From: an uncultured Nitrososphaerota archaeon
GTDB lineage: Archaea; Asgardarchaeota; Njordarchaeia; Njordarchaeales; Njordarchaeaceae
Direction: 5' to 3'
Assembly: GCA_964518475.1 (NCBI GenBank)
Contig: CAZFGR010000001.1
Coordinates: 192,001 to 256,000 of the forward strand
DNA length: 64,000 bases
Numbering within the stretch: position 1 is the first letter of the stretch; each line of letters starts with the position of its first letter. Of this stretch, positions 1-10,376 are shown piece after piece. A program made the translations under genes and the position numbers. The notes below the pieces were generated by a model. It had not been told where the DNA came from. It saw only the letters and a list, made by a program, of their open reading frames with translations, and ran no database searches.

Positions 1-156
1 TGGACAATAGAGCCAGCACTGGAGGCAACGAGTACATTTTTTATCATCGATAACAGGTCTGAAAGCTCGCCAATCTCCTGTTTTATATTCCGTACTCGGC
101 TTAAAGGGCACTCCAGCAATAGGTATTTCCTTCCAACTTTTCAGTTCGCTACTCAT
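1..156 (-). CDS. porD: 2-oxoacid:ferredoxin oxidoreductase delta subunit (partial, runs off window start)
   Basis: Manual translation MSSELKSWKEIPIAGVPFKPSTEYKTGDWRAFRPVIDDKKCTRCLQCWLYCP; TGxWR and CxxCxxCxxxCP motifs; ATGA overlap with the gamma subunit stop. Confidence 0.85.
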   Translation of the reverse strand, partial: MSSELKSWKEIPIAGVPFKPSTEYKTGDWRAFRPVIDDKKCTRCLQCWLYCP

Positions 157-755
157 GCCTTTTTCACCTCTTCATATGCTTTCTTAATCGCTTGAATATT
201 TCTTTCAACAATTTCTTCGGGGAGTCTCGCTCCGAGGACTTTCTTAACCGCCTCGATTAAGCTATTTAACTTAATGATTTTTTCTTCCGTCGCCTTAACG
301 AAAGCTCCTAACATAGCAGTATTAGCTATCGGTCTACCAATGATGTCAAGAGCTATTTTTACAGCGTTAACACTCCAGATTTCAACATTCTCGTCAACAC
401 CAAGTTCTTTTCTAAGGACTTCTGGTGGTTTAGGATACGTAGCAATGATCTTACCTCCTTCTCTAATACCGCTTTTAGCTCTATCTACCAATGTGGGATC
501 GATGACAATTATATAATCAGCCTCTGTTATACCACAATGCATGTGAATGGGCTCTTCACCAATCCTAGCATAGGCGGTTACTGGTGCCCCTGATCTCTCA
601 GGTCCAAACTCTGGAAAACTCTGAGCATACTTCCCCTCTATAACAGCTGCCTGCGCAAGAATTAAGCTAGCAGTCCATGCACCCTGACCACCACGTCCAT
701 GAATACGTATTTCGTAGAAATTACGCTTCACCACGATCCACCTTACCCAAAACAC
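153..755 (-). CDS. porG: 2-oxoacid:ferredoxin oxidoreductase gamma subunit (true start probably near 731-734)
   Basis: EIRIHGRGGQG, QSFPEFGPERSGAP and NTAMLGA motifs. Confidence 0.9.
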   Translation of the reverse strand: MFWVRWIVVKRNFYEIRIHGRGGQGAWTASLILAQAAVIEGKYAQSFPEFGPERSGAPVTAYARIGEEPIHMHCGITEADYIIVIDPTLVDRAKSGIREGGKIIATYPKPPEVLRKELGVDENVEIWSVNAVKIALDIIGRPIANTAMLGAFVKATEEKIIKLNSLIEAVKKVLGARLPEEIVERNIQAIKKAYEEVKKA

Positions 756-997
756 TAAATTAGTTACTTAAATTACAATTTCGAAAAGCTTGAGAAAAAT
801 ACATAAAAAAAGATTATGTTATATATTCTAAAAATAAGGATAAGAATACGGGAAAAATTCTTTAATGAAAAGTTGTTTTGTTAAAAAGAATGAACTGAAA
901 TTATTCTTAAATGATTGAGCAGACAAGTTACCAGAAAACAAGCATAAAATTTAAAAGACAATCAGAAGGACGTGTAGTATATATTTTAGAAGAGTAT

Positions 998-1130
998 GGG
1001 CCGGTAGCTCAGCCCGGGTAGACCGAGCTATCGGGCTCATAGCGTCCGGCTCTTAAACCCACCAGAGTATTACTCTGGTGGGTCTAGAGAAACCGGATGG
1101 TCGCGGGTTCAAATCCCGCCCGGCCCGCCA
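998..1130 (+). tRNA. tRNA-Lys(CTT) with two BHB introns: 1022-1040 (position 22/23) and 1056-1091 (position 37/38)
   Basis: Acceptor stem GGGCCGG/CCGGCCC, encoded CCA, T arm GCGGG-TTCAAAT-CCCGC, anticodon stem TCCGG/CCGGA with CTT at 1052-1054; removing both inserts gives a standard cloverleaf. Confidence 0.92.
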
Positions 1131-1230
1131 AAACGCTTCTTTAAGTATGTTCTTATCTCCTCCTATTGTCTATCCCTACTCCCCAAAGCACTCTCTACAC
1201 TCTACTTTTGTGCATAGTATAGGTTATGTT

Positions 1231-1971
1231 CTATTTTTCCACGCCGTAGACCCCTTTTAGATATACAAAGCGTACTGGTTCCAGTTTCTCAATGAGGATG
1301 TCGTCTTCTTTTTCTCCTTTTTTAGTTACTCTTATTAGATCTTGCCAAAATCCCTTCCCAAGAGGCATTATTAATTTTCCACCGACTTTTAATTGTTTTA
1401 TTAGGGGAGGTGGTATTTGATCGCCTGCAGCTGTGACGATTATTGCGTCAAATTTTCTGGAGGTGTCAGGCCATCCTAATGTACCATCGCCGTGTATGAT
1501 TTCTATACATCTTGTATAGCATAATCTCTCTAAGTTTTCCTTCGCATAGCGGTATAATCGTTCAGAAATTTCTATTGTGCAAACGGGTTTTTTCTCTTTG
1601 CACTCTATTATTTCCCCTTCCTGATTTTTTTCACATACAATTTCGGCTATTAAAGCTGCTTGATAACCGCTACCAGTTCCTATTTCTAGCACTTCATCTC
1701 CTTCTTTTAATCCGGCATACTCGCAGAGAAGAAGAGACATGCTTATAGCTGAAATCGTAGCACCGTCCATCAATGGCAAAGGCTCATCCACATACGCGTA
1801 CCTTAAATACTTGGGGAGCACAAACTCTTCTCTAGGGACTCTAAGAAAGGCTCTTAAAACACGATCGGAAACTAATTTGATCCTCTTGAAAAACTCATAA
1901 AGATCTTTTTTATCTTCTTGCAGTTTTTTCCTTAGATCCTCGGGTATCTGGCGTCTTGCTTTACATCTCAC
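1231..1971 (-). CDS. pcm: protein-L-isoaspartate O-methyltransferase
   Basis: VPREEF, VLEIGTGSGYQAA, GDGTLGWP and FDAIIVTA motifs. Confidence 0.92.
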   Translation of the reverse strand: MRCKARRQIPEDLRKKLQEDKKDLYEFFKRIKLVSDRVLRAFLRVPREEFVLPKYLRYAYVDEPLPLMDGATISAISMSLLLCEYAGLKEGDEVLEIGTGSGYQAALIAEIVCEKNQEGEIIECKEKKPVCTIEISERLYRYAKENLERLCYTRCIEIIHGDGTLGWPDTSRKFDAIIVTAAGDQIPPPLIKQLKVGGKLIMPLGKGFWQDLIRVTKKGEKEDDILIEKLEPVRFVYLKGVYGVEK

Positions 1972-2089
1972 TAGACTCCCCGCTCTTTACTCTAAACCTT
2001 GTAATTTCATGAAGACTTCTTACTCATTTATATAATCTGAAAAAATAATTGTAGTTTTATGAGTAGTTATCATTCCCTGGTGACAAATT

Positions 2090-4102
2090 TTGTCTTCTAT
2101 GAGATCATCCAAAGATGAGAAAAAAGAGAAAGAAGAAGTTATTTCAGAGGAAGAGTTGATTGAGTCATTACTATCAGGAGTAAGATTAGCTGAAAAGGAA
2201 CGCATAGAGAATAAAGATGCTATTGTGATAAAAGCGGATGCCATAGAAATCGAGGAAGGCTTCACTCCTAAGATCCCAGGGGAGGAGATAATCTCATTCG
2301 ATCAAGTCTTTCATGAAAAAATGAATAAAATAACCGATGAGATTGGCCAAACACTTCAAACGTTTCAAAAAGATTTCAAAGACATGCTACGCTCTCAGTT
2401 AATGGATTTACGTTCTGCTCTTAGACAATTAGGAGCTGATATTGCAAGATCTTTTGCTGAAAAACTACGACTACGATTTACGGAACGTCATCTTAAAAAA
2501 TTGTACCAAGATGTTACTGAACGTGTACTATCTGGAAGGGAAAGGGAAATATTTACATCTCTTATTAACTCTGTGAAACCCCTCTATGCTAAATTAAACG
2601 ACCGCTTAAAAACTCTTCAGAGAGATCTATATGACATCAAGAGATTATACGAGGAGTGGATCTTTGGATACACTTCTCTACTTTCTGAAGAGATAAGACG
2701 ATCAAAAGAAGAGATAGATGAGCTCGTAGAAAGACAGAGAGAGTTATTAAGTGAGATAGAGCACTGGAAGAATAAAGTTACAGAACTTGAAAAGTTGCTT
2801 AGAGAAAAAGAAGCTGAAATAGAACAATTAAGGAAGGCCACTCACATAGCGCCTCCCCAAGAATTATCAGAGTTACAAGAGACTATAAAGAATCTCAAAG
2901 TAAAGATTGCTGAAAGAGAGAAAATAATCTCCGATCTGCGTAATGAGCTAGAAAAAGTCAAGCGCGAATACGATTCTGTTCTTAAAAACCTAGAAACAAA
3001 AATAAAGTTGTTAGAGAAAGCTAGAGACCTATTGAAAACGCAGACACGGCTATTCTACGAGAGAACTCAGGAGTTGAAAAAAGAAATTGCCAAACGTGAC
3101 AATGAGATAAAGCAACTCCGAGAAAAAATAGAGACGTTGATCAGTAGAGAATATGCCAAGAAACTGCAGGATAGAATAAGAGAACTTGAAGAAGAACTTA
3201 ACAAAAAGGAAGAAGAGATTAGGAAGCTTAGCGAGAAACTCATAAAGATCAAAGAAGAAACAGTTCCATTAGAGGATTATAATGAATTAAAAGCTGAGTA
3301 TGACGAGCTAAAGAAAAGGTATGAAGAATCCATGGAGAAGCTTCATGAAAAAGAACTAAGAATAAAAGAATTAGAAGGAAGATTAAAAACACTTCAAGAA
3401 GAACTGGGTGGTTTAGAAGAATTAAGTAAGATAAAAGAAACCTATGAACATCAACTTCGTGAAAAGGAAGCCAAAATAAGAGAGCTGGAAGGAAAACTAG
3501 CGGAACTCCAAAATGTTAGACAGTTATTAGAAAGTTGGTTTAGCGAGTTAAAGGGGCTAAGAGAAGTTGGTAAAGTCGTCGAAGAAGAAGCTATGAGAGA
3601 AGAAATGCGGTTAAGATACGATGAGGTATTATCTGAGATAAGAAGAGAGTTCTCAGAACTCCATGAGGAACTATCTCAAAAATCTAAAGAAATAGCTAGA
3701 TTAAGAGCAGATAATAAAGCTCTCCAAGAGCAAATCAATGTATTAAAGTCGCAAATAGAAGAGGCAAAGAAGAGAGAAGAAGAACTTGTTAAGGAATTAG
3801 AGGAGTATAGGACTAAAGCATTAAGATTGGAGAGTGAAAATAACCAATTAAAAGCTAAACTAGCTGAACTAGAAAATAATGTGAAGGATTCTACTAAAGC
3901 ATTAGAAGAGCTGAAAAAAATTCTAGAGAAGACTCTTATCGGAAAGGCTTTCCTTATAATCAGGGACTTAAAGTCGATTCCCCTAGACTCCCTAGCAGCC
4001 ACACTAGGCGTAAATAAATTACAACTCCAGAGGGAGCTCTTAAAACTTGTTAGAGAAGGACTATTAAAGATTGAAGGCGATAGAGTCACTTATAGCGGAT
4101 AA
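2090..4102 (+). CDS. long coiled-coil protein with C-terminal winged-helix domain
   Basis: Heptad E/K/L-rich sequence over about 500 aa; C-terminal LAATLGVNKLQLQRELLKLVREGLLKIEGDRV resembles HTH plus wing; no Walker A motif. Confidence 0.75.
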   Translation: MSSMRSSKDEKKEKEEVISEEELIESLLSGVRLAEKERIENKDAIVIKADAIEIEEGFTPKIPGEEIISFDQVFHEKMNKITDEIGQTLQTFQKDFKDMLRSQLMDLRSALRQLGADIARSFAEKLRLRFTERHLKKLYQDVTERVLSGREREIFTSLINSVKPLYAKLNDRLKTLQRDLYDIKRLYEEWIFGYTSLLSEEIRRSKEEIDELVERQRELLSEIEHWKNKVTELEKLLREKEAEIEQLRKATHIAPPQELSELQETIKNLKVKIAEREKIISDLRNELEKVKREYDSVLKNLETKIKLLEKARDLLKTQTRLFYERTQELKKEIAKRDNEIKQLREKIETLISREYAKKLQDRIRELEEELNKKEEEIRKLSEKLIKIKEETVPLEDYNELKAEYDELKKRYEESMEKLHEKELRIKELEGRLKTLQEELGGLEELSKIKETYEHQLREKEAKIRELEGKLAELQNVRQLLESWFSELKGLREVGKVVEEEAMREEMRLRYDEVLSEIRREFSELHEELSQKSKEIARLRADNKALQEQINVLKSQIEEAKKREEELVKELEEYRTKALRLESENNQLKAKLAELENNVKDSTKALEELKKILEKTLIGKAFLIIRDLKSIPLDSLAATLGVNKLQLQRELLKLVREGLLKIEGDRVTYSG

Positions 4103-4236
4103 TGCGGTCTTCTATTCTTCCTCCTAAAACCCAGTAAAAGCGTAAAAAATTACTACAAATCTGACTCTACCTTTTAATAGTTCCAAAATTCGAAAGATTT
4201 TTCCAGGGTCAAAAAGCAACTATTGTGTGAAAGAGA

Positions 4237-6528
4237 ATGCGAAAAGCCATTAAATTCATCATCGTAAGTATGCTAGTGTTATCTTTCATGATTCACGCAC
4301 CTAATAATGACAGAACTATACAGATTGAGAAGAATAAAGAAGAAGCAAGCCATCACCACTATTCTCTATCCCCTTTAGGATCAATTATTGTGACTCATTA
4401 TACTATTGCCCAAGCAGCGGCGGATAATTATCTTGGAGCGTATGTTCGTGGAGAAGATGCTGTAAGAATTACTGGTACACTCCTTGATAGTACGACTGGA
4501 GAGCCAATAACTGGGGCTATTGTTTATCTATATCTTAATGTCATAGATAATGATCACCTCTTAGCAGAAAACACAACCGATTCGCAGGGAAGATTTTATT
4601 TCAGTGTTACTCTCCCGATTAATGCACCCCTTGGTAATTCCACACTAATTGTGCATTTTCCTGGTGATATAGAAAAACCGTATGGCCCTGCTAACTCTAC
4701 GTATATCGTAACGATTTATGGACGTGTTTTTGTGACCCTTTCGGCTTCAGCAAATTTAGTCCCGCTCTTCATGAAAAATACTACATGTACTGCTCGCGTT
4801 CTTTGGGATAATGGAACATTAGTGAGTGGAAGACCTTTACCACTAAATATCTCGGTCGCACTAGAAAACACGATTCTTAATAATTTCTTGGTTAATACTA
4901 CTAGTGGTTACGTAACGTTTCCAGTAAATTTCACCGATCCTGGTAATTATTATGTTACTGCCACGCTTCACATAGATACTGTCCGAAAAACCATAACTCC
5001 TTACGTTCTTACTGATAGTCAGATTCTCTTTTCAAACGGCACTGTTGTTGGCCCTCCAGAATCCTCTGATAACTTAACCGTACAAGTTTATTTAGCTAAT
5101 AAGATAGATCTCTCGTTCCAGCAAGGCACACTGGTAGATGTTTTTCATGCTAGTAGATTAGGGAATATCGTAATAATCTATGGAAAATTCTATAATGTGA
5201 CTGGAGACCCTACAACCGCTGATATTTCTATAGTGATCTATAATGAGGAGTTCCTCAGAGTGTTCAATATAACAACAGCTGATGATGGCTCGTTTAGTTT
5301 ACAACTAATCATCAATGAAACCTATCGGGCTGGGAAATATTTTATTTACGCAAGGGATCTCAACCCAACAACCGTGGATCTTAGTACTAACCTAACTCTT
5401 TATGTTCAAACGGTGGCCAAAATTATCAATTTCTCAACTAACGGAACTGGTAGAATGGTTCGCTCTGGATCTATAATATACTATACGGGAGCAGTGATTG
5501 ATGCAATTGACCAAGTTGCTCTTGCTAATTTATCCTTGTTAGTTACTGTCTCTATAGGCCAAATAAGAACTGAAAAAACCATTATTACAGATTCTTTGGG
5601 CAACTTTTATGATTATCTCAAACTACCCGATGATATCCCATTCCCTAATATTGTGTTATCAGTAACAGTCGTTTCTAATGACACGCTTATAGGGGATAGC
5701 GTATACGCTGATATCACCGTATATAACTTTCTTATTTTAGAGGTACACATAAATGACACGCTATTTTTATGGAATTATCGCCAAGGAAATTTACTAGCGT
5801 ATAATCAAACATCGTTAAGTGTACCTTCTAACACGACCTTAATATTAAAGCTCAAATTCTTTAATGATTTCAATCAATCAATACCCAAAGCATTAGTCAT
5901 AGTAAGTGTCGCTAATAGAACATATGTTGACCACTTAAATGAGAACGGGGAACTTTCCTGGTCTTTTAGGCTAATAAATGAAAGTTTGTTAAAAGTAACT
6001 TTGCCAGACTTCAATATATCCGTAGCCATTGATTTAATACCCCAATTCGAAGAGACACCACAACAATTTATTATTCGAGGACCCTTCTATTATATTCTCT
6101 TTGCCTTTATAATTATAGGCATTGCTTCGATGATTGCTACACGGGAATACCAGCTTAGCTTAACAAATATCCGAAAAATCTTTCGAAAGAATCCAGAGTG
6201 GTTAGTTTTGTTTGAGGAGGCTAAAAATTATCTACTAGGAAATGATATAATAGGTGGATTATTGACTATTAGAAAAGCTCTTATAGAACTCTCAAGGGAA
6301 TTCAACTTACATATCGAGAACTGGATGACACTCAGGGAAATCATAAGAGAATACTCAGAGAAAATTAAAGACAAGAAATTATTATCGATGATCACTCAGT
6401 TAGGTATGCTATATGAGAGTGTTATTTATGGATTAAAGAAACCTCATCAGAAAGATATCTTAGAGACAATAAATGTAATTGATAATCTAATAAATTCTGT
6501 ACAGACAATACTCAGTGAGGAGAAATGA
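4237..6528 (+). CDS. large surface glycoprotein-like protein with Ig-like beta repeats, a TM helix and a DUF4129-like C-terminus
   Basis: Signal peptide, many NxS/T sites, TDSxGxF repeats, TM segment near aa 615-635, C-terminal TLRE...LYESVIYG. Confidence 0.7.
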   Translation: MRKAIKFIIVSMLVLSFMIHAPNNDRTIQIEKNKEEASHHHYSLSPLGSIIVTHYTIAQAAADNYLGAYVRGEDAVRITGTLLDSTTGEPITGAIVYLYLNVIDNDHLLAENTTDSQGRFYFSVTLPINAPLGNSTLIVHFPGDIEKPYGPANSTYIVTIYGRVFVTLSASANLVPLFMKNTTCTARVLWDNGTLVSGRPLPLNISVALENTILNNFLVNTTSGYVTFPVNFTDPGNYYVTATLHIDTVRKTITPYVLTDSQILFSNGTVVGPPESSDNLTVQVYLANKIDLSFQQGTLVDVFHASRLGNIVIIYGKFYNVTGDPTTADISIVIYNEEFLRVFNITTADDGSFSLQLIINETYRAGKYFIYARDLNPTTVDLSTNLTLYVQTVAKIINFSTNGTGRMVRSGSIIYYTGAVIDAIDQVALANLSLLVTVSIGQIRTEKTIITDSLGNFYDYLKLPDDIPFPNIVLSVTVVSNDTLIGDSVYADITVYNFLILEVHINDTLFLWNYRQGNLLAYNQTSLSVPSNTTLILKLKFFNDFNQSIPKALVIVSVANRTYVDHLNENGELSWSFRLINESLLKVTLPDFNISVAIDLIPQFEETPQQFIIRGPFYYILFAFIIIGIASMIATREYQLSLTNIRKIFRKNPEWLVLFEEAKNYLLGNDIIGGLLTIRKALIELSREFNLHIENWMTLREIIREYSEKIKDKKLLSMITQLGMLYESVIYGLKKPHQKDILETINVIDNLINSVQTILSEEK

Positions 6529-7952
6529 AAAAATTAAGCTTTGTCAAATTAGTGTTTATCTTAGCCATTGTTTTTTCTACGTATCCTATTCTAGCTGGTT
6601 ACTTTAACCTAATGGTCGGTTCTGCTCAATTTTCAATACTAAATGATGGAGAGAATGGGTTATCCTTGCTAAGGAGAGAGTTGGAAAATTCTGGGTTTAA
6701 GACGAAGATAATAGTGTCTTCATTGAATATTCTCAGAAGAATAAACGAAAGTTCTGTTCTAGTTATTATAGCTCCTACATTATCTTTCACAATCGAGGAA
6801 GCGATAACAATATTAGACTTCCTCATGCGTGGAAATGGTGTTTTGATAGTTGATGATTTCTCGAAAGCAAATTCTCTTCTCCAACATGTATGGACAATAA
6901 TAAGTCTCTCACAAAAGTTCCTACAAGGGACTCAAGATGTCATTTTTGAGGGCATATTCTTTAATACCACAGCCACATTGGTAGATGCAGGAAGCTTCTA
7001 TAAAACACCAACGAATCCCGTGATCACAAACTTTAATGATTTTTATGGAATACTTTCCCCTACCGTGAAAAAGATCGTGACATCATTTCCTTCCATTCTC
7101 TCATTAAGAATTAAGATACGCCATGGAAATCAATGGATCTCGATAACTACTCCGCTTCCAGGATTTATAGGATTACTATCAAGTACTGAATATAGTTGGC
7201 TAGAAACTAACTTAACTTCAGCGATAAATGGAGAAATGACACCAGATCCTTGGGAATGGGGAGGTATCCCCTTTTCCTTAGGTATAGCAGTAGAGTTACC
7301 ATCCATGGGTAGATTAGTGCTGATATCTGATCCTGATATCTTTTCAAATAAACTTTTAGAACTGCAAGAGTTTGATAACGCCGATTTCTCCACCAGCATT
7401 ATTAGATGGCTCGCGAAGGATCAACCTGCTCTCGTGTTATTTGATGAAAGCCATCTCTCTCACGCAATATATGATCCATTGTATGGATTTTCACTCGTAT
7501 ACAAAGCCGTTATTTTTCTCTCATATTCATGGCTTGTAGCCCCCGCTGTTCCTTTATCTATAATCTCTACGCTTTTAGCTTATGTTCCTCGTAGAACTAG
7601 ATTTAGACCAAGGATAATGAGTAGAGTAGAGAGATTGCTGGGTTCTCCATGGCTGGAAAGCAGAATTTCCTGGTATAAACGTTCCCGCAACTATAGACAT
7701 ATGGCATCAGTGCTGTTAAGTTCGATTCTATTTGATATTAAAAGGCTCTATGGTATATGGAGTGAAAGGCTGGATGATGTTCTTGATGAATTATTTGCTT
7801 ATCATCCCGAGATTGCAAAGTATGCATCAGATATTAAGGAAACTCTTCAAACTCTTGATGAAATATCACATGGTAAGCAAAAAATAAATGAGGAAAAACT
7901 CACTGTTCTTGTTGAGAAAGTAAAACAAATTAGAACAATTCTGAGGAGATAA
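6525..7952 (+). CDS. DUF4350-like membrane-anchored protein of a MoxR cluster
   Basis: FSILNDGENGLS, GRLVLISDPDIFSN and LFDESH motifs; operon context. Confidence 0.7.
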   Translation: MKKLSFVKLVFILAIVFSTYPILAGYFNLMVGSAQFSILNDGENGLSLLRRELENSGFKTKIIVSSLNILRRINESSVLVIIAPTLSFTIEEAITILDFLMRGNGVLIVDDFSKANSLLQHVWTIISLSQKFLQGTQDVIFEGIFFNTTATLVDAGSFYKTPTNPVITNFNDFYGILSPTVKKIVTSFPSILSLRIKIRHGNQWISITTPLPGFIGLLSSTEYSWLETNLTSAINGEMTPDPWEWGGIPFSLGIAVELPSMGRLVLISDPDIFSNKLLELQEFDNADFSTSIIRWLAKDQPALVLFDESHLSHAIYDPLYGFSLVYKAVIFLSYSWLVAPAVPLSIISTLLAYVPRRTRFRPRIMSRVERLLGSPWLESRISWYKRSRNYRHMASVLLSSILFDIKRLYGIWSERLDDVLDELFAYHPEIAKYASDIKETLQTLDEISHGKQKINEEKLTVLVEKVKQIRTILRR

Positions 7953-7955
7953 TCT

Positions 7956-8945
7956 ATGGAAGATAGTCGAGTAGAAAGCATAATTGGAACAGAGGAAGAC
8001 ATAGATGTTAGTCTTGTTAGGGATACATGGATAAGAATCAAAGATGAGCTTAAGAAGGCCGTAATAGGAATGGACGATGTCATAGAATTTATGTTCATAG
8101 CTCTCTTATCAGAGGGTCATGTTCTTCTAGAAGGACCTCCTGGAATAGCTAAAACATACGCTGCACAAAACTTCTCAGCCACTTTAGGACTAGATTTTAG
8201 ACGAGTTCAAATGACTCCTGATTTATTACCGTCAGATATTATAGGAACTATGATTTATGATCAAAAAGAGGCTACGTTCAAATTTAAGCGAGGTCCAATC
8301 TTTACGAATGTATTACTGGTTGATGAGATAAATAGAGCGCCCCCAAAAACTCAGGCAGCCCTCTTAGAGGCTATGGAGGAAAAACAGGTAACAGTAGAGG
8401 GTGTTACATATCCGTTGCCTAAGCCATTCATTGTTTTAGCAACGCAGAACCCTATAGAGATGGAAGGAACTTATCCATTACCTGAAGCACAAGTCAGCAG
8501 ATTTATGCTTTATCTCAAGCTTAGTTACCCAGACTCTGAAACAGAACTCGAAATAATAAAGCTTAAGCACCGTACTATGAAGCGCGTTCTCGTAGAACAA
8601 GTAACAAGTGAAAAAACCATTTTGCTATTACAAAGGATTGTTCAACAAAGAATCCATGTTTCAGAGAGTGTAATGAGATATATAAGGGACATAGTTATTG
8701 CTTGTCGCAAGGATGCTAGGGTACTACTTGGCTGTTCCCCTAGAGCATCAATAGCTCTCTTGTTGGCCTCTAAAGCCTATGCAGCAATGCAAGGTCGTGA
8801 CTATGTTATCCCAGATGATGTTAAATATGTTGCTCTTCCAGCATTAAGACATAGAATAATCCTAAAGCCTGAGATAGAGTTAAGTGGTGTTACGACTGAC
8901 AATGTAGTACTTTCAATCTTACGATCTATAAGTATTCCCGAATAA
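7956..8945 (+). CDS. moxR: MoxR family AAA+ ATPase
   Basis: HVLLEGPPGIAKT, TPDLLPSD, DEINRAPPKTQAALLEAMEE and ATQNPIE motifs. Confidence 0.93.
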   Translation: MEDSRVESIIGTEEDIDVSLVRDTWIRIKDELKKAVIGMDDVIEFMFIALLSEGHVLLEGPPGIAKTYAAQNFSATLGLDFRRVQMTPDLLPSDIIGTMIYDQKEATFKFKRGPIFTNVLLVDEINRAPPKTQAALLEAMEEKQVTVEGVTYPLPKPFIVLATQNPIEMEGTYPLPEAQVSRFMLYLKLSYPDSETELEIIKLKHRTMKRVLVEQVTSEKTILLLQRIVQQRIHVSESVMRYIRDIVIACRKDARVLLGCSPRASIALLLASKAYAAMQGRDYVIPDDVKYVALPALRHRIILKPEIELSGVTTDNVVLSILRSISIPE

Positions 8946-8957
8946 GGTGAAAAGTTC

Positions 8958-10361
8958 TTGTTGACTAAGAGAGGAGGCTTATTACTCTTACTAGGTGCAT
9001 CCTCAGAGCTTCTTGCACTATCCTTCTATGGTTTAAAAGACTTTCATGCATTTATTCTCCAGACACTTCATTTTGATTTGAAGACATTCGTGCCAAATAT
9101 CGATTCGATGATACTTATCTCACCTTTCCTACTAATACTAGGCAGTATGATTCTATCTAGTGTCCTTTTTTCTTATATATCGTTTAGTAAGACAGCTAAA
9201 ATAGAAAGCATCGAGATAGAGAGAAAGATTTCTGATCAAAGAAGATTTGCAGGTGATCTCGTCTTAGTTGAACTAACAATTAGAAACAAAACTATGTTTT
9301 GGATTAGCAACTTGTTTATCAGCGATATTGTCCCCGATACATTTGATATAGTATTTGGAGAAAATTACGCATCACTCACACTTCCTCCTAGGGGAGAGGT
9401 TACATTTTCCTATGTCCTTCGTTGCGGCACTAGGGGTGTCTACTATATTGGACCTTTGCAAGTTGTGTTTCAGGATAAGGTATCCCTATTCATGAAAGAA
9501 CATCTCGTAGAAAATAAAACGGAGATCATTGTTTATCCTTCGTATGAAGATGTTAGGAGATTTGAATTTCTCCAAAAGATGTATGGGGGATTACTATTTG
9601 GACGATACAGAGTGCGAGAGAAGGGCCATGGATACGATTTTTGGGGCTTAAGGAAGTATCAAATAGGGGATAGTCTAAAATTCGTTGATTGGAAGACAAC
9701 AGCAAAAAAAGGAGAGTTATACGTAAAAGAATATGAAAGCGAGAAGAATGTAAAGATGTATATTTTCATAGATTGTGGCCTAAGCATGGGCGTGGGTTCT
9801 AAAAGATTTACCAAGCTTGACTATGCAACAAGAGCTGCTATCTTACTTGCTTATATAGCTAATCGAGGACAAGATTTCTTTGGCCTTGTCGCTTATTCAG
9901 ATAAATTAATAGACTTTTTGCCAGCTCGTAGAGGAAGACGCCATTTTTATAACCTACTAGATAAAATGGCTAGACTTGAACCGAGAGGAGTTTCTAACCT
10001 CCAAATAGCCATGCGAGAATTCATTCTTAGAGAACCCAGATTTTCATTAGCAGTGATAATATCGGACCTTGAAGGAGACCCTTCAAACATAGAGGAGGGC
10101 ATTAGAATAGCCTTAGCTCACAAAGTTTACCCTATAATAATAGCCCCCATAGGTCCTCTTTTTGAACGCTTATATGGAGATAAATACACAGAAGCTCTAA
10201 AGGAAATTGCTTTAGCCGAATACATGAAACAGCGCTATGAAATAAAAGAAAAATTAGCTAAATATGGAGTTTTTGTCATAGATGTAGGACCAGAAGATAT
10301 CTTGGCCGCGACACTAGAGGTATTTCTGAGGGCAAAAGGTAGAAGTATTGCTATTGTGTAG
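8958..10361 (+). CDS. DUF58 domain (VWA-like) protein
   Basis: FWGLRKYQIGDSLKFVDWKTTAK and ISD motifs; follows moxR. Confidence 0.88.
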   Translation: MLTKRGGLLLLLGASSELLALSFYGLKDFHAFILQTLHFDLKTFVPNIDSMILISPFLLILGSMILSSVLFSYISFSKTAKIESIEIERKISDQRRFAGDLVLVELTIRNKTMFWISNLFISDIVPDTFDIVFGENYASLTLPPRGEVTFSYVLRCGTRGVYYIGPLQVVFQDKVSLFMKEHLVENKTEIIVYPSYEDVRRFEFLQKMYGGLLFGRYRVREKGHGYDFWGLRKYQIGDSLKFVDWKTTAKKGELYVKEYESEKNVKMYIFIDCGLSMGVGSKRFTKLDYATRAAILLAYIANRGQDFFGLVAYSDKLIDFLPARRGRRHFYNLLDKMARLEPRGVSNLQIAMREFILREPRFSLAVIISDLEGDPSNIEEGIRIALAHKVYPIIIAPIGPLFERLYGDKYTEALKEIALAEYMKQRYEIKEKLAKYGVFVIDVGPEDILAATLEVFLRAKGRSIAIV

Positions 10362-10376
10362 GAGGAGACGCAATAT

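Noticed and set aside
1078-1260. 60-aa ORF
   Set aside because: Overlaps tRNA-Lys and has no protein features.
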